The notes beneath the pieces were generated by a model, which had not been told where the DNA came from, searched no databases, and saw only the letters and a program-made list of their open reading frames with translations. Position numbers and translations under genes: made by a program. A DNA stretch of 51,703 nt, filler included, from Catajapyx aquilonaris (lineage: Eukaryota), in the NCBI GenBank assembly GCA_000934665.2. It is 2 parts of 2 records of this genome, joined end to end, with 100 filler letters (N's around TTAATTAATTAA, not from the genome) between each part and the next. Parts side by side here need not be neighbours in the genome. Positions count along the whole stretch, not along the records: positions 1 to 25,522 come from JYFJ02005355.1; 1 more part is not named here. One strand, given 5' to 3'. This document shows positions 11,783 to 25,100 of the stretch, one piece after another. How positions within the stretch are numbered: the first letter of the stretch is position 1; the number at the start of each line of letters is the position of its first letter.

Positions 11783-13843
11783 GTCAACATGGAGACGTAC
11801 CCCTATGGACCTGGTGGCCGGAGGTCGACGTGGAGCCGAAGGACAGCATACTAGTGAACACTTATATTGCCTTCAGGAGCTTCTTAGTGTACCTTGGGCA
11901 GACGTAAATTCCACGGAGTCAATCCCTACCCTGTACGAAGCAATTTCAAAAGATTGGGAAGAAGGAACTGAGTTACTCATTAAAGAGTTTGCTGACCCTA
12001 AGGTTGAACATGAAGGACATCCTATCATGCACATTCTCCAGAGGACCTTCCCGAATCTAGTGCCACTGCTACACGACGTGTCTTTGGGGACATTTGTGCG
12101 GAAGAATCCATACGATCTTAAAACAGCATTGTTTAAGTCATTGTATCGACACAGACCTGATCTATTTGTGAACATCTTTGCAGATGCGGCTAAATTTAAC
12201 GTAGATCTTAACGCAACAGCAGGATTGTACACTTTGTTACAGTTGGCTGTCAAAAAGGGATTTCATGAATGTGTCAAGCTAATTTTAGACCACGGAGCTG
12301 ACCCTAATAAAGTATCCAGCGAATGTCCCACATATCCGTTGCTCATAGCTGCGAGTGCAGGAAATCATCAGATCATGGCATTGCTGTGTCAAAGAACAAA
12401 CACAGATTTGAAAGTAACTGATTTTGAGGGTCGCACTGTACTACACAATCTGGTGGAATTAGGAAGTATCATGAAAATTACTAGAGATATATACCCGTTA
12501 CTTATTAGTGACACCGGCAAAGATCCGGAGAAATGCATGCAAAAACTTTTTGACACGGTAGAATATCCCGAGTTCCGCTTGAATGTTAATGCAAAAGACA
12601 ACAAAGGCGACACACCGTTGCATCTGGCGGCTAGAAACGGCTGTTCAAATATGATTAAGTTGTTGCTCAGCAAAGGGGCATATTCAGCTATCATGAATGA
12701 TAAAGATCAAGTTGCCATAACAAGTATAAATCCATCTGTCCTGGAAGAATGGCTAGATGAATGTGTTACACTAAATGACAAATGTGTCTCACTCAATTTC
12801 CAGCTATTGGCACCAGCTGAAGAACAGGATGATCGACGTCGGCAACTCAAGTTCACTTTTCGTTCCAAGAACTACAAGACATTGGACAGTTACCTCCCCG
12901 AGACAAAAGTTTTATGGCACTTATCTAAATCACTTCTACACAAACATCTCCTGAAGCATCCAGTCATCACCAGTTTCTTGTTTCTGAAGTGGCAATGTAT
13001 TAGACTCTATGTGTATGCAAATATGGCCATATATGTACTGTACGTGTGTGCTATCACTTACTATCTTCTTGGATCATTTGGTAAAGGCCAAGATAATGAA
13101 GACGCGACCATTTTCCCCGGCAATCCGCTGTCGAACCATGGGGCCATATTGCTGCTAATTATGACTATGTTGTCCGTCATTCACGAAATATTCACAATAG
13201 TTGTGTCAGTGAAGCGTTACATACTGAATTTTGAGAACTGGATGGCCATATCCACCATAACAATGACCCTCTTGATCCTGTTTGCTCCCCTGGACAAGAC
13301 GACTAAGTACCACTTCGCCGTATTTGTCATCTTTCTCAGCTGGACAGACCTCTCCTTTTTCATTGGTCGACATCCCTACATAGCTATTTATGTCCGAATG
13401 TTCACAACCGTCACTGTCAATTACATCACATTTCTGGGTGCCTTTGTGTTCATACTTGTTGCTTTTGCTCTTTGTTTTTATTTGCTGTTCCACACTTGCA
13501 CGTTGCCTGAGGGCTGTGAAGATAAATCATTCCAAACGCCTTATTCATCTCTGATGAGGACCATGGTCATGATGACTGGTGAGTTCGACATGGATCAACT
13601 TCCGATGGAAAGACTTCCAGGAACAAGTCACGTCATCCTGTTGCTCTTTGTGTTCCTCATGGTGGTTGTGTTGTTGAACTTGATGAATGGACTGGCAGTT
13701 AGTGATACACAAGCCATAAAAGATCAAGCGCAACTGGTCACCTTGATTTCCCAAATTGAACTTATCTTCTACGTGGAATTAATGCTGCTAGGAAATCCTT
13801 TTAGGTTCTTGCAGAAAGGGATGACTTCCACGTGTTTTGGCAG
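11783..13843 (+). CDS. pain: TRPA channel painless-like, coding exon 3 (ankyrins, six TM segments, pore)
   Basis: Acceptor TTTTAG|G completes Arg (phase 2). Contains ankyrins (GDTPLHLAARNG), KHPVITSFLFLKW, pore MVMMTGEFD and LLNLMNGLAVSDTQAIK. As I recall, NGLAVSDTQ is the painless-type motif, while pyrexia/wtrw have VGLAV.DIQ. Donor AG|GTATGA. Confidence 0.93.
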
Positions 13844-13924
13844 GTATGACTAGAATCTATGTACTTGTTACTTCCGCTTCTCTTTTCTATTGCTCAAGAG
13901 TAATTTTATTGCTATTGTTTACAG

Positions 13925-14083
13925 GAAGTGTGACCTCTGCAATAATATAGCTCAGCGGATATATCGATTGTTGTTGCTGCTCCGAGGGCCTTTCCTACGC
14001 AGGGCCCTCATATTTCCAGAACTGAAAGGCAATACCGGCATATCCATTCTCCGAGACAGCGGCTGGGAAGAGAGCGAAAAGAG
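13925..14083 (+). CDS. pain: TRPA channel painless-like, coding exon 4
   Basis: Acceptor TTTACAG|G and donor AG|GTAATA, both phase 2. Open frame KCDLCNN...EESEK. Confidence 0.85.
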
Positions 14084-15102
14084 GTAATAATTGAAGCAGC
14101 TGATCGTGATTATATATTTTCTCGTGTCATATAGTAATATATTTTACCTAGTTGCAATTACCATTAGCATCGCTATTGATCATAGAGCCCATCCAATCTG
14201 CCTATCCTATTGGCTTCTCAGCCTGTCGTTGGCTGATTAACAACACAGTTGTAAGTGGAAAGTGCTCCGGAAATGCAGTCGATCTAATGCTAATTGAGAT
14301 TAGGAAATAATTCAAGCAAGGTGCAAATGATAATATATTTCTCCGTCCATCCAGAAAGTATAAATGTTAACGGGACAGCTTCCTATTGGACGGAGAAAAT
14401 ATCCCTTCTGCCCATATTATAATTCTATTCTTTCCCTGTTCGTCTTGCAAGGATCATATGTCTAACAGGGATGCCATGGCTGCTGTCAAGGAGGGGTTAC
14501 TGACCTGTAACAAGCCTGCAAATCGAATACCACAAGTTAAGGCAGCAAATTAATTGGCAGAGACCTGAAATGAACTCCAATTCTGGCTGAAAATGTGTTT
14601 TAAAAATTATATTGATTACTCGGCGTAACATTATTATACTTTATGACTCAGACTAGCAGCTGTTAATATTTAATATTATTTATTTCATTACTGTAGCTAG
14701 TGACTCTGAAAAACGCTTTTTTGATCCTAGATAACTAGATCACTGACCTCATTACTTATTCATAGCCCAGTTTAAGATGCGTTGGTTAATTTTTAGGAAG
14801 GGCTTTCATATCGGCTGACCGATTTGGGAGGGGTAGGGGTACGCTGTACCAACATAACCCATGACCTAACATTCCTTCTCGGCGGATACACACCTAGTTT
14901 CAGAAGATACATGCCTATATTTCAGCAGCTACAAGCATATAGGAAAGTATAGGTAAAAGTGATTCGTCAGCAGATATGTCAGTGTAGCCAATTTTTATAG
15001 TTCAGTCACTGTTGAAACTGAGGTTACATTTGATTTAGGTCTGACCAGTGAACAAATTCGCAATATTATGGAGCTATCTGACAGTTAACACTTTCTTTGC
15101 AG

Positions 15103-15364
15103 CTTTCAGTTGAACCGTGATTTGGTCCAGGCTGTTATTGAATGCGTCGAAAATAGTAAAGCGAAACAAGATGCTAAGAATGACCAAGATCGCCAGTTCC
15201 AAGCTCAGAGACGATTGCGGAAGATTGAGGAGACTCTAGAAGACATGTCGCAGCAGCTGAAAAAAAATTTCAAAGAATTCGCTGAACTAGAAGCAAGACT
15301 TGCAAGTTTAGAAAGAATGATAGGCCGCGTTTTAATAAGGGCTGATATGAAGTCGAAGAAATAA
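15103..15364 (+). CDS. pain: TRPA channel painless-like, last coding exon (C-terminal coiled coil)
   Basis: Acceptor CTTTGCAG|C, phase 2. Heptad-rich RLRKIEETLEDMSQQL...LEARLASLERMI, then TAA stop. Total spliced CDS 2859 nt = 952 aa. Confidence 0.87.
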
Positions 15365-15480
15365 TCCATTATCTGACGCATTGTACAATGTGACTTGCCA
15401 CAATGAGGAATCAATGAGTAATGCCAACACTATATTGTTATATTTTAACGATCTGCTTTACACAAATGTAGACGAAAGTC

Positions 15481-15486
15481 AATAAA
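15481..15486 (+). promoter_or_regulatory. Putative polyadenylation signal of the painless-like gene
   Basis: AATAAA about 117 nt after the stop codon. Confidence 0.5.
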
Positions 15487-15699
15487 CCATCAACGTCGAC
15501 CAAATGTTATTTGATTTGGAGTAGTTGTAGAAACACTAAAACAGGGTAGGTAGCTAAATAAACGCACGCATAGATATCCAAGAGAGTGACCATCACTTGG
15601 AACATCTAGATAATGTCGACTCATTTTGCTCAGCTATTTTCACTACCAATCTTTGGCATTTGCTGACCCACATATATCAATGCAGGGCATGTTACCTAC

Positions 15700-15870
15700 G
15701 GTATGTCAGGGGGACCAAATCCGAGCACCGTACAGTAATTCACCATCAAATATTCAGATCTTTCCAAGGCACGCCAGATACAAGTATCATGCAGGACAAA
15801 GTCAAGTCGCTGAGAAGACAAAATAATTTACGCAACAGTCAGGACCTGAATTTCATAGGACTATAAGTGT
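15700..15870 (+). pseudogene. Possible, highly decayed Tc1 transposase remnant
   Basis: NSQDLNFIG resembles the Tc1 SPDLNPIE motif. No TIRs were identified. Confidence 0.3.
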
Positions 15871-18800
15871 CCAATAATTGCAGTACGACTGCATATTATT
15901 CCCATTACGTGGTCAAATAATACACAGTTTGGAGTGAAAGTGCTCGGAAAACTTATATTTCGAAAGAGCCAGAGTAATGTAGTTTTTTGACTTAGCAGCG
16001 ACTGATGTCACCTCTAGCCGCGAAGGGTACCCTCTCTGCTGGGAAGACAAAATCTTAAGTATACGACCACACTTCATACTCTATTAGAAATACTGCCAAT
16101 GAAGAGCAACATTGTACAGTCTACTAATAATAATCAATTCATACGACAGTTACGGGGATTTACTGACAGCTCTTTGTAGTTTGACTCATTTTTAAAATGC
16201 GTTACTGGCGCAATAATGACTAATTTATATAGATTTTTACCGAAGCAATGACCTACTGTACTGAAAGACCGAAACAATCCGAAGTTGGTAAGAATAATAA
16301 TTTCGACATCCTGAGCAAACTATAAGCGAACAAGTGGGCTATGAATCATTCATCTATAGCGACCCCTGAGCCCCTGATATATCACACTGTATTGCTGATT
16401 GTATCCATCTGGTCTGTCCATATATCAGCTTTGAGAAGAGGAAAGCGCATAATGGTTAGATTTATCACCTCTCCACGATCAGTCTAGCTGCTTTACAAAC
16501 AATTTGAATTTTCGTTCCCTTCTCTCATCTCATGCTTTCTCTATTTTAATTCCAGAAAACTACGTATGATCCGAAATCTGTACAGTTTTGAAACTGCAGG
16601 GATTAACATGTTTTAGCAAGCATTACTCTCTAACTCGTTCTGCCAGTAAGAAATTTACTGTATGTAGAATCCGACTCACGTCGTACTGTGTAATTGCATG
16701 GTACGACGTGTTTTATTCAATGTCACCCACAAACGACAAATTTATCAGCTGGTTTAATCAAATACTCTTCCCAATCTTCACGTATTTAAAAATAATGTCT
16801 TCAATGAGTTGGATTTATGTTAATATTGGTATATTATTTGAAAAGTTGGCCATGACCGTGTTTTATAATGCTGCTCGGTCGAGTAGTACTACATTATGTA
16901 TCGACAGGATGGTAGCTGCCTAAATTGACACCTCCAAGAATGGGTAGAGGTCAAACATGATTGATTACCCTCTCGAGTCTAGCTCATGCACATTTCCATT
17001 AGACTATCCGAGGTGTGCGCGGGACTGGAGCAAGTAATCCATAACATGACTGTGACCCCCATCCCACAGGATTTGCAAAATTTAGGCAGTGTACCACCCT
17101 GTATTATGCTTTATCCACGTTTTATACGGTATATGGTCACATACGATGTAAAAAAAACATCTGCATATGTGTATTATTTGGATTGACATTTACCAACCCC
17201 AGATATCCAACCTCCAAACTTTATTGTGCAAGAAAATTTACACAATCTTTTTGCCTTCCCAGTAGATGAGAGTGCCCCAACCATAGATTTTAGGAGTTAT
17301 CGGTGCAATTGGTTTACACCTTCCTTGACCGTGACAATTTCTGCATTCATTTCACTGACTGACATTCTTTCCATTCAGATGATTAACAGATGGGGAGTTG
17401 CAATTATATCAGTCTTGATCACAAAATGAAACTGGCTGAAGAAAAGTGGCACTATTGCCTATAACACTCGCTCTGTCATAGTCACCTTTGGTATTAATGC
17501 TATGCTCTAGAACACTTTAAAACGAAAATGCGGTGGTTCCTTCACAATAGTCTGAAATTGTCCTGCATCTTTTCCCCGTAATGATGTAAGTCCATGTGTT
17601 CTGGAAAGGTTCATAATAATGTTATTTATTGTAAAACTGACAAGAATGACCATGCAAAATTCAAAGCTTGCTATGCCATCCAACCATATAATTTCAGTTT
17701 TTTTCATGCCATGCAGTTGAATCAGTAGGTCTAAAATTATTATTTTCAGTAACATTATCCTAAAACTGAATTGTTGGTATAGATAATAATTTTCAATCCA
17801 GAAAGTGTTGCAGTATAAAATGACCACATTTTGGCACATTTAGTTGCCTTCTGCCTGGTGAAATAACGTACATTTTTGTTATCCTCTACTGCTGTTAACA
17901 TGATTCAATAAATATTGCGTTTGTGAGGAGAAAAATTATTAGCAAAATAAATACAAAATGTTCACTTACAAGTCGGATAATATCAGGCGGCAGTTTACAA
18001 GTTTCAATCCTTCCGCCCACTCCAAATCAATATTAAATATCGTTATGATGATAAATCATTTTAGTTTATAGCTAATGCATTTTATACAATAATATTCTTT
18101 GGAAATTATTATATATGCATCACATTACAACTCCACTAGGTTCTGATGGATTTATCATCCCTTTTGATTTGGGATGGAAATATAAGAGGCGGATCACAGA
18201 CAATACAATATGTATTGTCAGTGAGGTGAATTAAGACAAGGTGACTGCCGTTTGTTCTTGGCCTGATAATAAAACATTAAGGAAATGTAAATAATTTTCA
18301 CATAAAAGCCCCCCATGTTGCACAAGGGATTAGGGCCTATAGGAATGAATGTGGCAAAATACGCCAGCACTTTCTCGAATGAACTTCTTCATGCTGAATG
18401 AACGCACATGCAATATAATTTGTCAAATTATGACTATTAATCATGATGAAAATTAACCCATATAATTTAATGCATACCTCACCTAAATCCGGCTCAGGAG
18501 CATGCCAACATATGCTTCCACCTCACATTTAAAGTGAGAATAAGTAACAGGATCAGTTTCCAATCCAGGCAGTGAAACCGGTCAGTACCTGACAAATCAT
18601 TAAAAAATTATTTCAGAAATACAATAATGTGCTCATATATTCTTTATCTTTAAATTGAACTTTATTTACTTGAGCCCCCTTCCCATCCCCCCACCAGCAG
18701 CCCCGAATCCGGGGTGGAAATTGAGTGTCATCAATATGGGTCCCACGAAGATCATAATGCACCATGCTAAGTGCAGTATGGTTATGAAGGGTGTCGCAGT

Positions 18801-19678
18801 GTGCCGTTTCATTACTCTCGCCTTGCTTGTTTTGCATTCGCATCATTGCCTCTGGCCAGTTCATTACGTGCAAGTGTTCGCTGGGCTAATGGCAGCGGAG
18901 ACTATGAATAGAGCGCACCAGGACTATAACACCCGCAGATGGAGACTGGATCCTAGTTTGCCCGGATGCTATACCAAATAGTTGCGACTCACGTACACTC
19001 TGAAACCGCAGCCTCTTAATTTATTGTTGCTATAGGTTTGGATCAAATGTTATATTTGATGGCAATGGTTCCAATGAGGGGTGATTCTAGTTAAAATTGT
19101 TTGACCTATAAGCTTTGTTAAATTCATATGCTAGACTCTTATTTCATATGCGAAAATGCCTATAAAAACAAATACTTAACATGTAGTGCAGTTGAGTGAG
19201 AAGCATCTCACATCATCGGCAACCCAATGATCACCCAGGTTACATTTTACCAAAAGAAATAACAGTTTTCATCGCATTAGAGCACCGTTTATACATAAAA
19301 CGATGACAATGCTCTTCTAAAAAGCCTCTGAGACTGACAAGAACTCAAGTTGAAGACCTCCGAAATGAGAGAATCCAGAAAATTGCTGCGGGCGACCATA
19401 TCTCGCCGAGTTTAGTAAGAGTCGAGAAAAATACAGACGCCTTAGGCCAACTCGCTTAATTTGCCCGATTGCAACCCTTGCTGATTGGCGTGAGGATAAA
19501 ACTTTAGGGAGGGTTGATATCCCTGAGTTCCCAAAGAGGTAGAAACTTTGTGCGTACCCGCTATTAACTTTGCACATTTTCTACCAGCTGCACCAAATTG
19601 CTTCTAGTCTGCCACTGCTCGTGTGCAGTGACCAACTTTTTAATGGGACAAAAAAAAGTCGGCTGAAAAAATTCCTAC

Positions 19679-19848
19679 CTGAATAATACACCATGCTCCT
19701 TTTAACGTCGTACGTGGTTCCAGGTATGGACATCACGCACTCATACACGACCTCTTTTTGATGCGAGTCTTCAACTTCTGCGGACACAAGTGCTTCAAAC
19801 GCTCCATCGCATTTAGACGACTGTTGCCTCGCGCTGGCCACACGTACC
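19679..19848 (-). CDS. Two-Ig-domain beat-like surface protein, exon encoding the second half of Ig2
   Basis: Acceptor TTTTCAG|G (phase 2), translation VRVASA...VVYECVMSIPGTTYDVKRSMVYYS, donor G|GTAGGA (phase 1). Confidence 0.85.
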
Positions 19849-20058
19849 CTGAAAACAACTGCAGGTTAATAACTGCTAAAGCACTGACTAGTAGGTCACC
19901 TGCATTGCTCAAACTGTAAGTCCGGACTGACCTCTGTTCAACAGCTGACACTGTCCAAATGAGGCAAACGCCAAGGGTGTCTTTAAAAAAATTTGTGGGG
20001 TGTCCAAATACCTCAAGATATGTACCCAAAGTAGGATACGCAGCTTGTAGCAGCAGTA

Positions 20059-20343
20059 TAGTTGGACATTAATCGCGTCATACTGCTAGCGACATTTTCC
20101 GTTGCGGCAAGGAGCAAATCAAAGTAATGGAGTGCGAGCCATGTAAGAAATGGTAGGTCCTGGGTGACATCACTGGGTGTCGCGTCACTGTGCAATCGAG
20201 AAAAAGGCTTGCGCCCAGCCAGTGACGTCACCCAGGGCCTACCATTTCTTACTCACATGGCTCGCACTCCATCACTTTGATTTGCTCTTCTGCCGCAGCG
20301 GAAAATGTCTCTGGAAGTACGACGGAATTAATGTCCAGCACTG
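20059..20343. mobile_element. Tc1/mariner-type MITE (hairpin)
   Basis: ~120-bp inverted arms; the right end reads TA|CAGTGCTGGACATTAAT on the minus strand. Confidence 0.75.
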
Positions 20344-20380
20344 TACTGGTCCAGAAGTGTATTGGTTTTTAAACGTGCAT

Positions 20381-20419
20381 AATAATAATAATATTAATAA
20401 TATTAATACTAATAATAAT

Positions 20420-20452
<33 letters not shown>
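20381..20452. repeat. Imperfect (AAT)n microsatellite
   Basis: Seen directly. Confidence 0.9.
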
Positions 20453-20453
<1 letters not shown>

Positions 20454-20587
20454 TTACATTGTTGTTAAATTGATTGTTCCCATTGCTGTCAGTGCTACTC
20501 TAAAGCTGAGTGCATTTTAAAAGAAGTTAAGTCATGGAATTAATTACAGATCCGTTAATGGCGGCACTTGGTTGAAATTTCCATTAC

Positions 20588-20717
20588 CGTGGTCTTATGT
20601 TGTCGGTGTGAAAGAGTTGAAGTTGCGGTTCAGGGAAGACACCTTCCGCCTTGCATGAGATGTTCACATTCCCGTCCGTCGATTTGCTCTGGCTCAATTC
20701 CAAACGTTTCTCTGGAG
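20588..20717 (-). CDS. Two-Ig-domain beat-like surface protein, exon encoding the first half of Ig2
   Basis: Acceptor TCTTTCAG|CT (phase 1), translation APEKRLELSQ...VNISCKAEGVFPEPQLQLF..., donor CG|GTAATG (phase 2). Not in the ORF track. Confidence 0.85.
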
Positions 20718-21249
20718 CTGAAAGAAGGGTGGGGTTTTTATAAAAAAGGAGGGGGGGGGGNNNGGGGGGGGGGAAAAAAGAGCGTCGCAGTTAACACCCG
20801 CTTTCAAATCACATTTTGAGAGTGGCCATGCACTTTGTTTAATCAGGCTCTTCTCATTCACAAGTCCCATGGCCCTCGTTTTCTTTCTCCTACTAGCAGC
20901 GAATAGGGAGGTTGGGAGGAGGGTATGGGAAGGAGGTACCAGTTGGGTTGAGAGGGTAAGGAGGGGGGCTTGAATAGTCGCTCAGAGAGGATGTGTACGG
21001 AATTGACCTCGTCAAAGGCAAGATTCAAATGCCTGCTGATTTGGCGCCCCATATTCGGCGCCCGGGTAGAAAATCCCAGCCAATTCAGATGTTCATCATT
21101 TGAAAAACTTGGGTGTCGCGAGATTAGTTTCCAAGACGGCTTGGAGATGAGGCTGGCACGGATACTGGCCAATTATGCAAATCGCTAGAGCAGTCACCAG
21201 CTTAATTTAATGCGCGGCCTGCTTGTATTGTAGCTGGAAAAGAGGATTT

Positions 21250-21780
21250 GTTTCTGGATGCAAAGTGCTCTTGGGGCCCGTGTGTACCATGCTTCAATCG
21301 CAGGATTTGGAGTCAAGTGAAAGCGGGGGAGAGATAATGTTGTCATTCAGTCTCCGTTTTTGGACATTCCTGAAAGGGAGACGTCCTTTTCAATGGTGTT
21401 TGGAAAGAGCAGGGGAGATCACTGAGCTGTCGGTTAATGTGTATCAGCGGTTTCTTACTTGGTTTAATTTGCAGTCCACCTGCAGGAGAATTTCTGTTCG
21501 ACGACAAAGGGGAAGGAGGTTGGAACAATCGCACACGGAAATACAAATTTTCCTACCTGTCCCAACGAAGATGGATAGAGCATAGAGGTGACAGTCTTAG
21601 GAGCAGTTTTACAAACACAAATTAAGGATGAAATCTCCGATTGTGTCAGACATGCATTGTGAATGCCTATAGACACATGATCGGAGGGTTTTCCCTCGTT
21701 TGCTTTCACACCATGACACCATGCAACATGTTGGTATAAATTGAGGTGTCGGAGTACCTGTGGGGGCAATAGGTAGGAGG
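21250..21780 (-). pseudogene. Possible decayed non-LTR retrotransposon ORF2 3' part (RNase H and zinc knuckle)
   Basis: Minus-strand VAWCHGVKANE (cf. WxPxHxGxxGNE) and CPKTETE*QHYL (cf. CxxxETxxHxL), with frameshifts. Confidence 0.4.
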
Positions 21781-21940
21781 CATGTAGGTCATATAATGTG
21801 CAGGATAAAGCTAGAATATTTTTCTCCTATAAAAAGGGGATTATCTGTCTTGATTTGGAGTAGGCGGCCATTATGATCGGGATAAAAACTCGCGACAGGG
21901 ATTTTTAAAGATGATTCGTCAATGTTTCAAAGGTGTAAAC

Positions 21941-22307
21941 CAAAGATATCTGCTATATATACTGCTAGATGCATAACTCGCTATCCCTTTCCATACAAGC
22001 AAAGTGAAGCCAAATCACGCCCAAAGTATAGATGACGTCATCGTTACTTTGTGCGGAGCAGCAGAAGCGGCCTTAGGGGCGGCCCCTGTGCAGATAGGCC
22101 GGACAGCAGTGGGACGTTGCCAGGGGCGCGGGGCATACCTTGAAATGCCCAACTACGTACAGGCAACCACGGTAGATCGATCCAAGTCACCCAAAGCCGC
22201 CATCTTTGCTTTGGGCAACTGGCACAAACTCCATGTAAAAACTGGCTTCACTTTTTCTTGGAAATTATGCATCTAGTAGTATATTATAATTATAGCAGAT
22301 ATCTTTG
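21941..22307. mobile_element. P-element/hAT-like MITE with 8-bp TSD
   Basis: TIR CAAAGATATCTGCTATA / TATAGCAGATATCTTTG. Perfect TSD GTGTAAAC at 21933-40 and 22308-15. Confidence 0.85.
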
Positions 22308-23154
22308 GTGTAAACGCACTTTTTTCTACATTATTTTGTCTTTGTTCTTGTCACATGCAACAGGTTGAAACTCGCCGATGTTTAATATTCCCAAATTCAA
22401 CGCTTAATTTCTTCATCAGAGGAAGAAAATGCGTCCCATCAACTCTAATAATAACTACATAATTATTATATGATATAAGATTATCATGTCGTGAGAAGTG
22501 ACGGGGAAGGCAGAAGGAAGTGGGAGCGAGGTAGGGCATGAAGCTAGGAAACACAATCGCGAGTGCTTCAGAATTGGTCACAAATTGTTATGGGTAAAAA
22601 TGTCGCGGATATTCCATTTCCACTGTCGCGTAACTTGCAAAGTGCAACATTGAGATACATGGGGTGTTCCAATTGAAATGTCCGTTTTAGTTACCGTATC
22701 TATTTTGGCACTAAGCTTATTAGTTTTAAGCCGTCACTTTTGGATAGTAAGCTAAAGGTTAGCAAAAGTATTAAATCTATTACCGGAGCTACTAGGCTAA
22801 TATTAGGTTGTTATGACCCATCCTTTTAAAACCCCCTGCGAGGGGTTCTTGACATGCAAGAAATGTGTCCATCATTGATGTTCGATGTCCATTGTTCTAA
22901 TGGACAATTCCCAATCGCACATTCACTGCAACTCATAACTTGTATAGATGATTCCATTCGTCCTAATATTATCCGCTAATAATTTTAAGAACCAGTAAAG
23001 GTGTCTACTACAAAGTAAATGCTGATAAATAAGCAGCTTAGTGTCAAATATTCGCCTAATAAAACTCACCTTTCAATTGAAAAACTCTGGGCACACCATT
23101 GGACGATTCACAGATCTGAAAGATGATTTTTTTTTCCATGTACTGTACATAGGA

Positions 23155-23302
23155 TCCTTGGGTTCTCCCGCCATGCTATCTGGTGTTTTCTCGACTCTTC
23201 TGTTTCCTCCCACATTTAAAATCAGTGGGCTGAGAAGTGACTAAATAAAGACGGGAACTGAAAAGAATCCCGTAAGAGGCCACTGGTTCATCACGGGTAC
23301 CC

Positions 23303-23343
<41 letters not shown>
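23155..23343 (+). mobile_element. Diverged, 5'-truncated SINE family A relative with (TTA)n tail
   Basis: Core ...TGTTTCCTCCCACA and 3' end AAAAGAATCCCGTAAGAGGCC...ATCACGGGTACCC(TAT)n resemble 1100-1260. Confidence 0.65.
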
Positions 23344-23812
23344 GTGATGGTGGTACTTTCACTTTAGGTGAATCCATGAAATTAGCAAGTCAGCTGGCCA
23401 GCTCAATCCGAGCCATTCCCATACGCGAATAAAGCGCGCGAGTACAGTGTAAAGGAGGGGCAGTTGACTCTCCGTGGGGCACAATTATGCTGAGGAATGC
23501 CCTCGTGGTGAGCATTAAAGCTGGGCTTCTTGCTCGTCTCAAGGGGCCCTACTGCGGCTCTTATTAGCTCCTATATAGAGCCCAACTTCGGCAGCTCTCC
23601 CACCAAATTGCGTTCCGTCCTAGCATTCTCCTGCTCAAGTGCTTTGGTCCGCGGCCACTCCATAATGTTAATTAAAAGCCACGAGAGGAAATTTCATATC
23701 GGAAGGAATTGAACGGGAATGGGGAAAGGGGAGAAAGACCCCATGCTTTTCTTATCATCCCAAGGGAATCGGGGGGAAAAGAACATGGTACTTAGACTCC
23801 CAATCAACTTAC

Positions 23813-24172
23813 CGAACACGATCATGGTGGCCATCTTGCGATCCTCATCGTGAAAAGTGGCCACGTGGCATTGATACTCGCCACTCAAGAAGGTGGTGGG
23901 TTGGATGATGTTCAGGGAGCGATGCATTTGGTATTCGTCATCGGAGGCGAGGTATGTCAGGTTCAGCTTGCCCTGGAGCACGTCCGAGGTCTGGGGCTTG
24001 GTGGGTGGGATCCACTGGTAGATGACATGATCGTTCAGGAGCCATTGAAGGATTAGGCCTTTCTTTTCCTCTTCGTGCAAGGAGTAGACACAATCTAGCA
24101 CCACCAAGTCTTCTGTACCGTTTTTCACCACAGGTGGCACCAGAATGTCTTTGATCTGCACACTTGAAATTT
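23813..24172 (-). CDS. Two-Ig-domain beat-like surface protein, Ig1 (V-type) exon
   Basis: Acceptor TTTCCAG|AA, translation VQIKDILVP...VVLDCVY...LQW...YQWIP...LSGEYQCHV...MIVF, donor G|GTAAGT. Canonical Ig C/W/YxC pattern. Confidence 0.9.
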
Positions 24173-24311
24173 CTGGAAATCAAAGAAACAATCATTATTG
24201 TGGGTGTGGTATTTAGGATGATTGTTTCCATTTCATCGCGACTTGCTTATCAATGGTAGACACTAACAATGGTGACGCAAATCTGCATTATTAAAAATTG
24301 GAATAGACTTA

Positions 24312-24387
24312 GGGCCGTTTTCTCGAACAGTGGTTCAAATGTAAACCGGGCTCAAAACATTTGAACCACTGTTCGAGAAAACGGCCC
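24312..24387. mobile_element. 76-bp PIF/Harbinger (Tourist)-like mini-MITE
   Basis: 31-bp perfect TIR GGGCCGTTTTCTCGAACAGTGGTTCAAATGT, with a TTA TSD on both sides. Confidence 0.85.
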
Positions 24388-24473
24388 TTATAGTATATGC
24401 TAACCCCGATGCTGAACTAAAATAGAAGAGTAGTGTATAGGTATCGAAAATCAGTAATGGACCTCAGCCTATA

Positions 24474-25048
24474 CAGGGTGGTCGGTAAATGGCACACAAG
24501 CTTCAGGTAGCGAGATTCCTTGTGCAAAACCAGTATATGGAAGTGAAGGTCATATTGCTCTATGATGCCTGGTTAGTGCTCACGAGGCCTCCAAAGTTTG
24601 GGCCAAATCATGACGTCACATCCGCCCGCGAAATTCAAACACTACCGTATCGCTGCCGTACGCGGTGTGCTGCTAGGCGTTGCCATGTTCACCAAACAAT
24701 GGAACCGTATAAACTCGCAGGGACGTTGCCAGGCATTGCCATACCGTCGTATAAACTCGCGGGGACGACGGTATGGCAACGTCCCCACGAGTTTATACGG
24801 TTCCATTGTTTGGTGAACATGTGGGGAATGTCAACATGGCAACGCTTAGCAACACACCGCGTACGGCAGCGATACGGTAGTGTTTGAATTTCGCGGGCGG
24901 ATATGACGTCATGATTTGGCCCAAACTTTGGAGGTCTCGTGAGCACTAACCAGGCATCGTAGAGCAATATGACCTTCACTTCCATATACTGGTTTTGCGC
25001 AAGGAATCTCGCTACCTGAAGCTTGTGCGCCATTTACCGACCATCCTG
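24474..25048. mobile_element. Tc1/mariner-type MITE, near-perfect 575-bp palindrome
   Basis: TA|CAGGGTGGTCGGTAAATGG...CCATTTACCGACCATCCTG|TA. This explains the mirror ORFs 24489+ and 25033-. Confidence 0.9.
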
Positions 25049-25050
25049 TA

Positions 25051-25098
<48 letters not shown>

Positions 25099-25100
<2 letters not shown>

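Noticed and set aside
24489..25033. Near-identical ORFs on opposite strands
   Set aside because: A consequence of the MITE palindrome.
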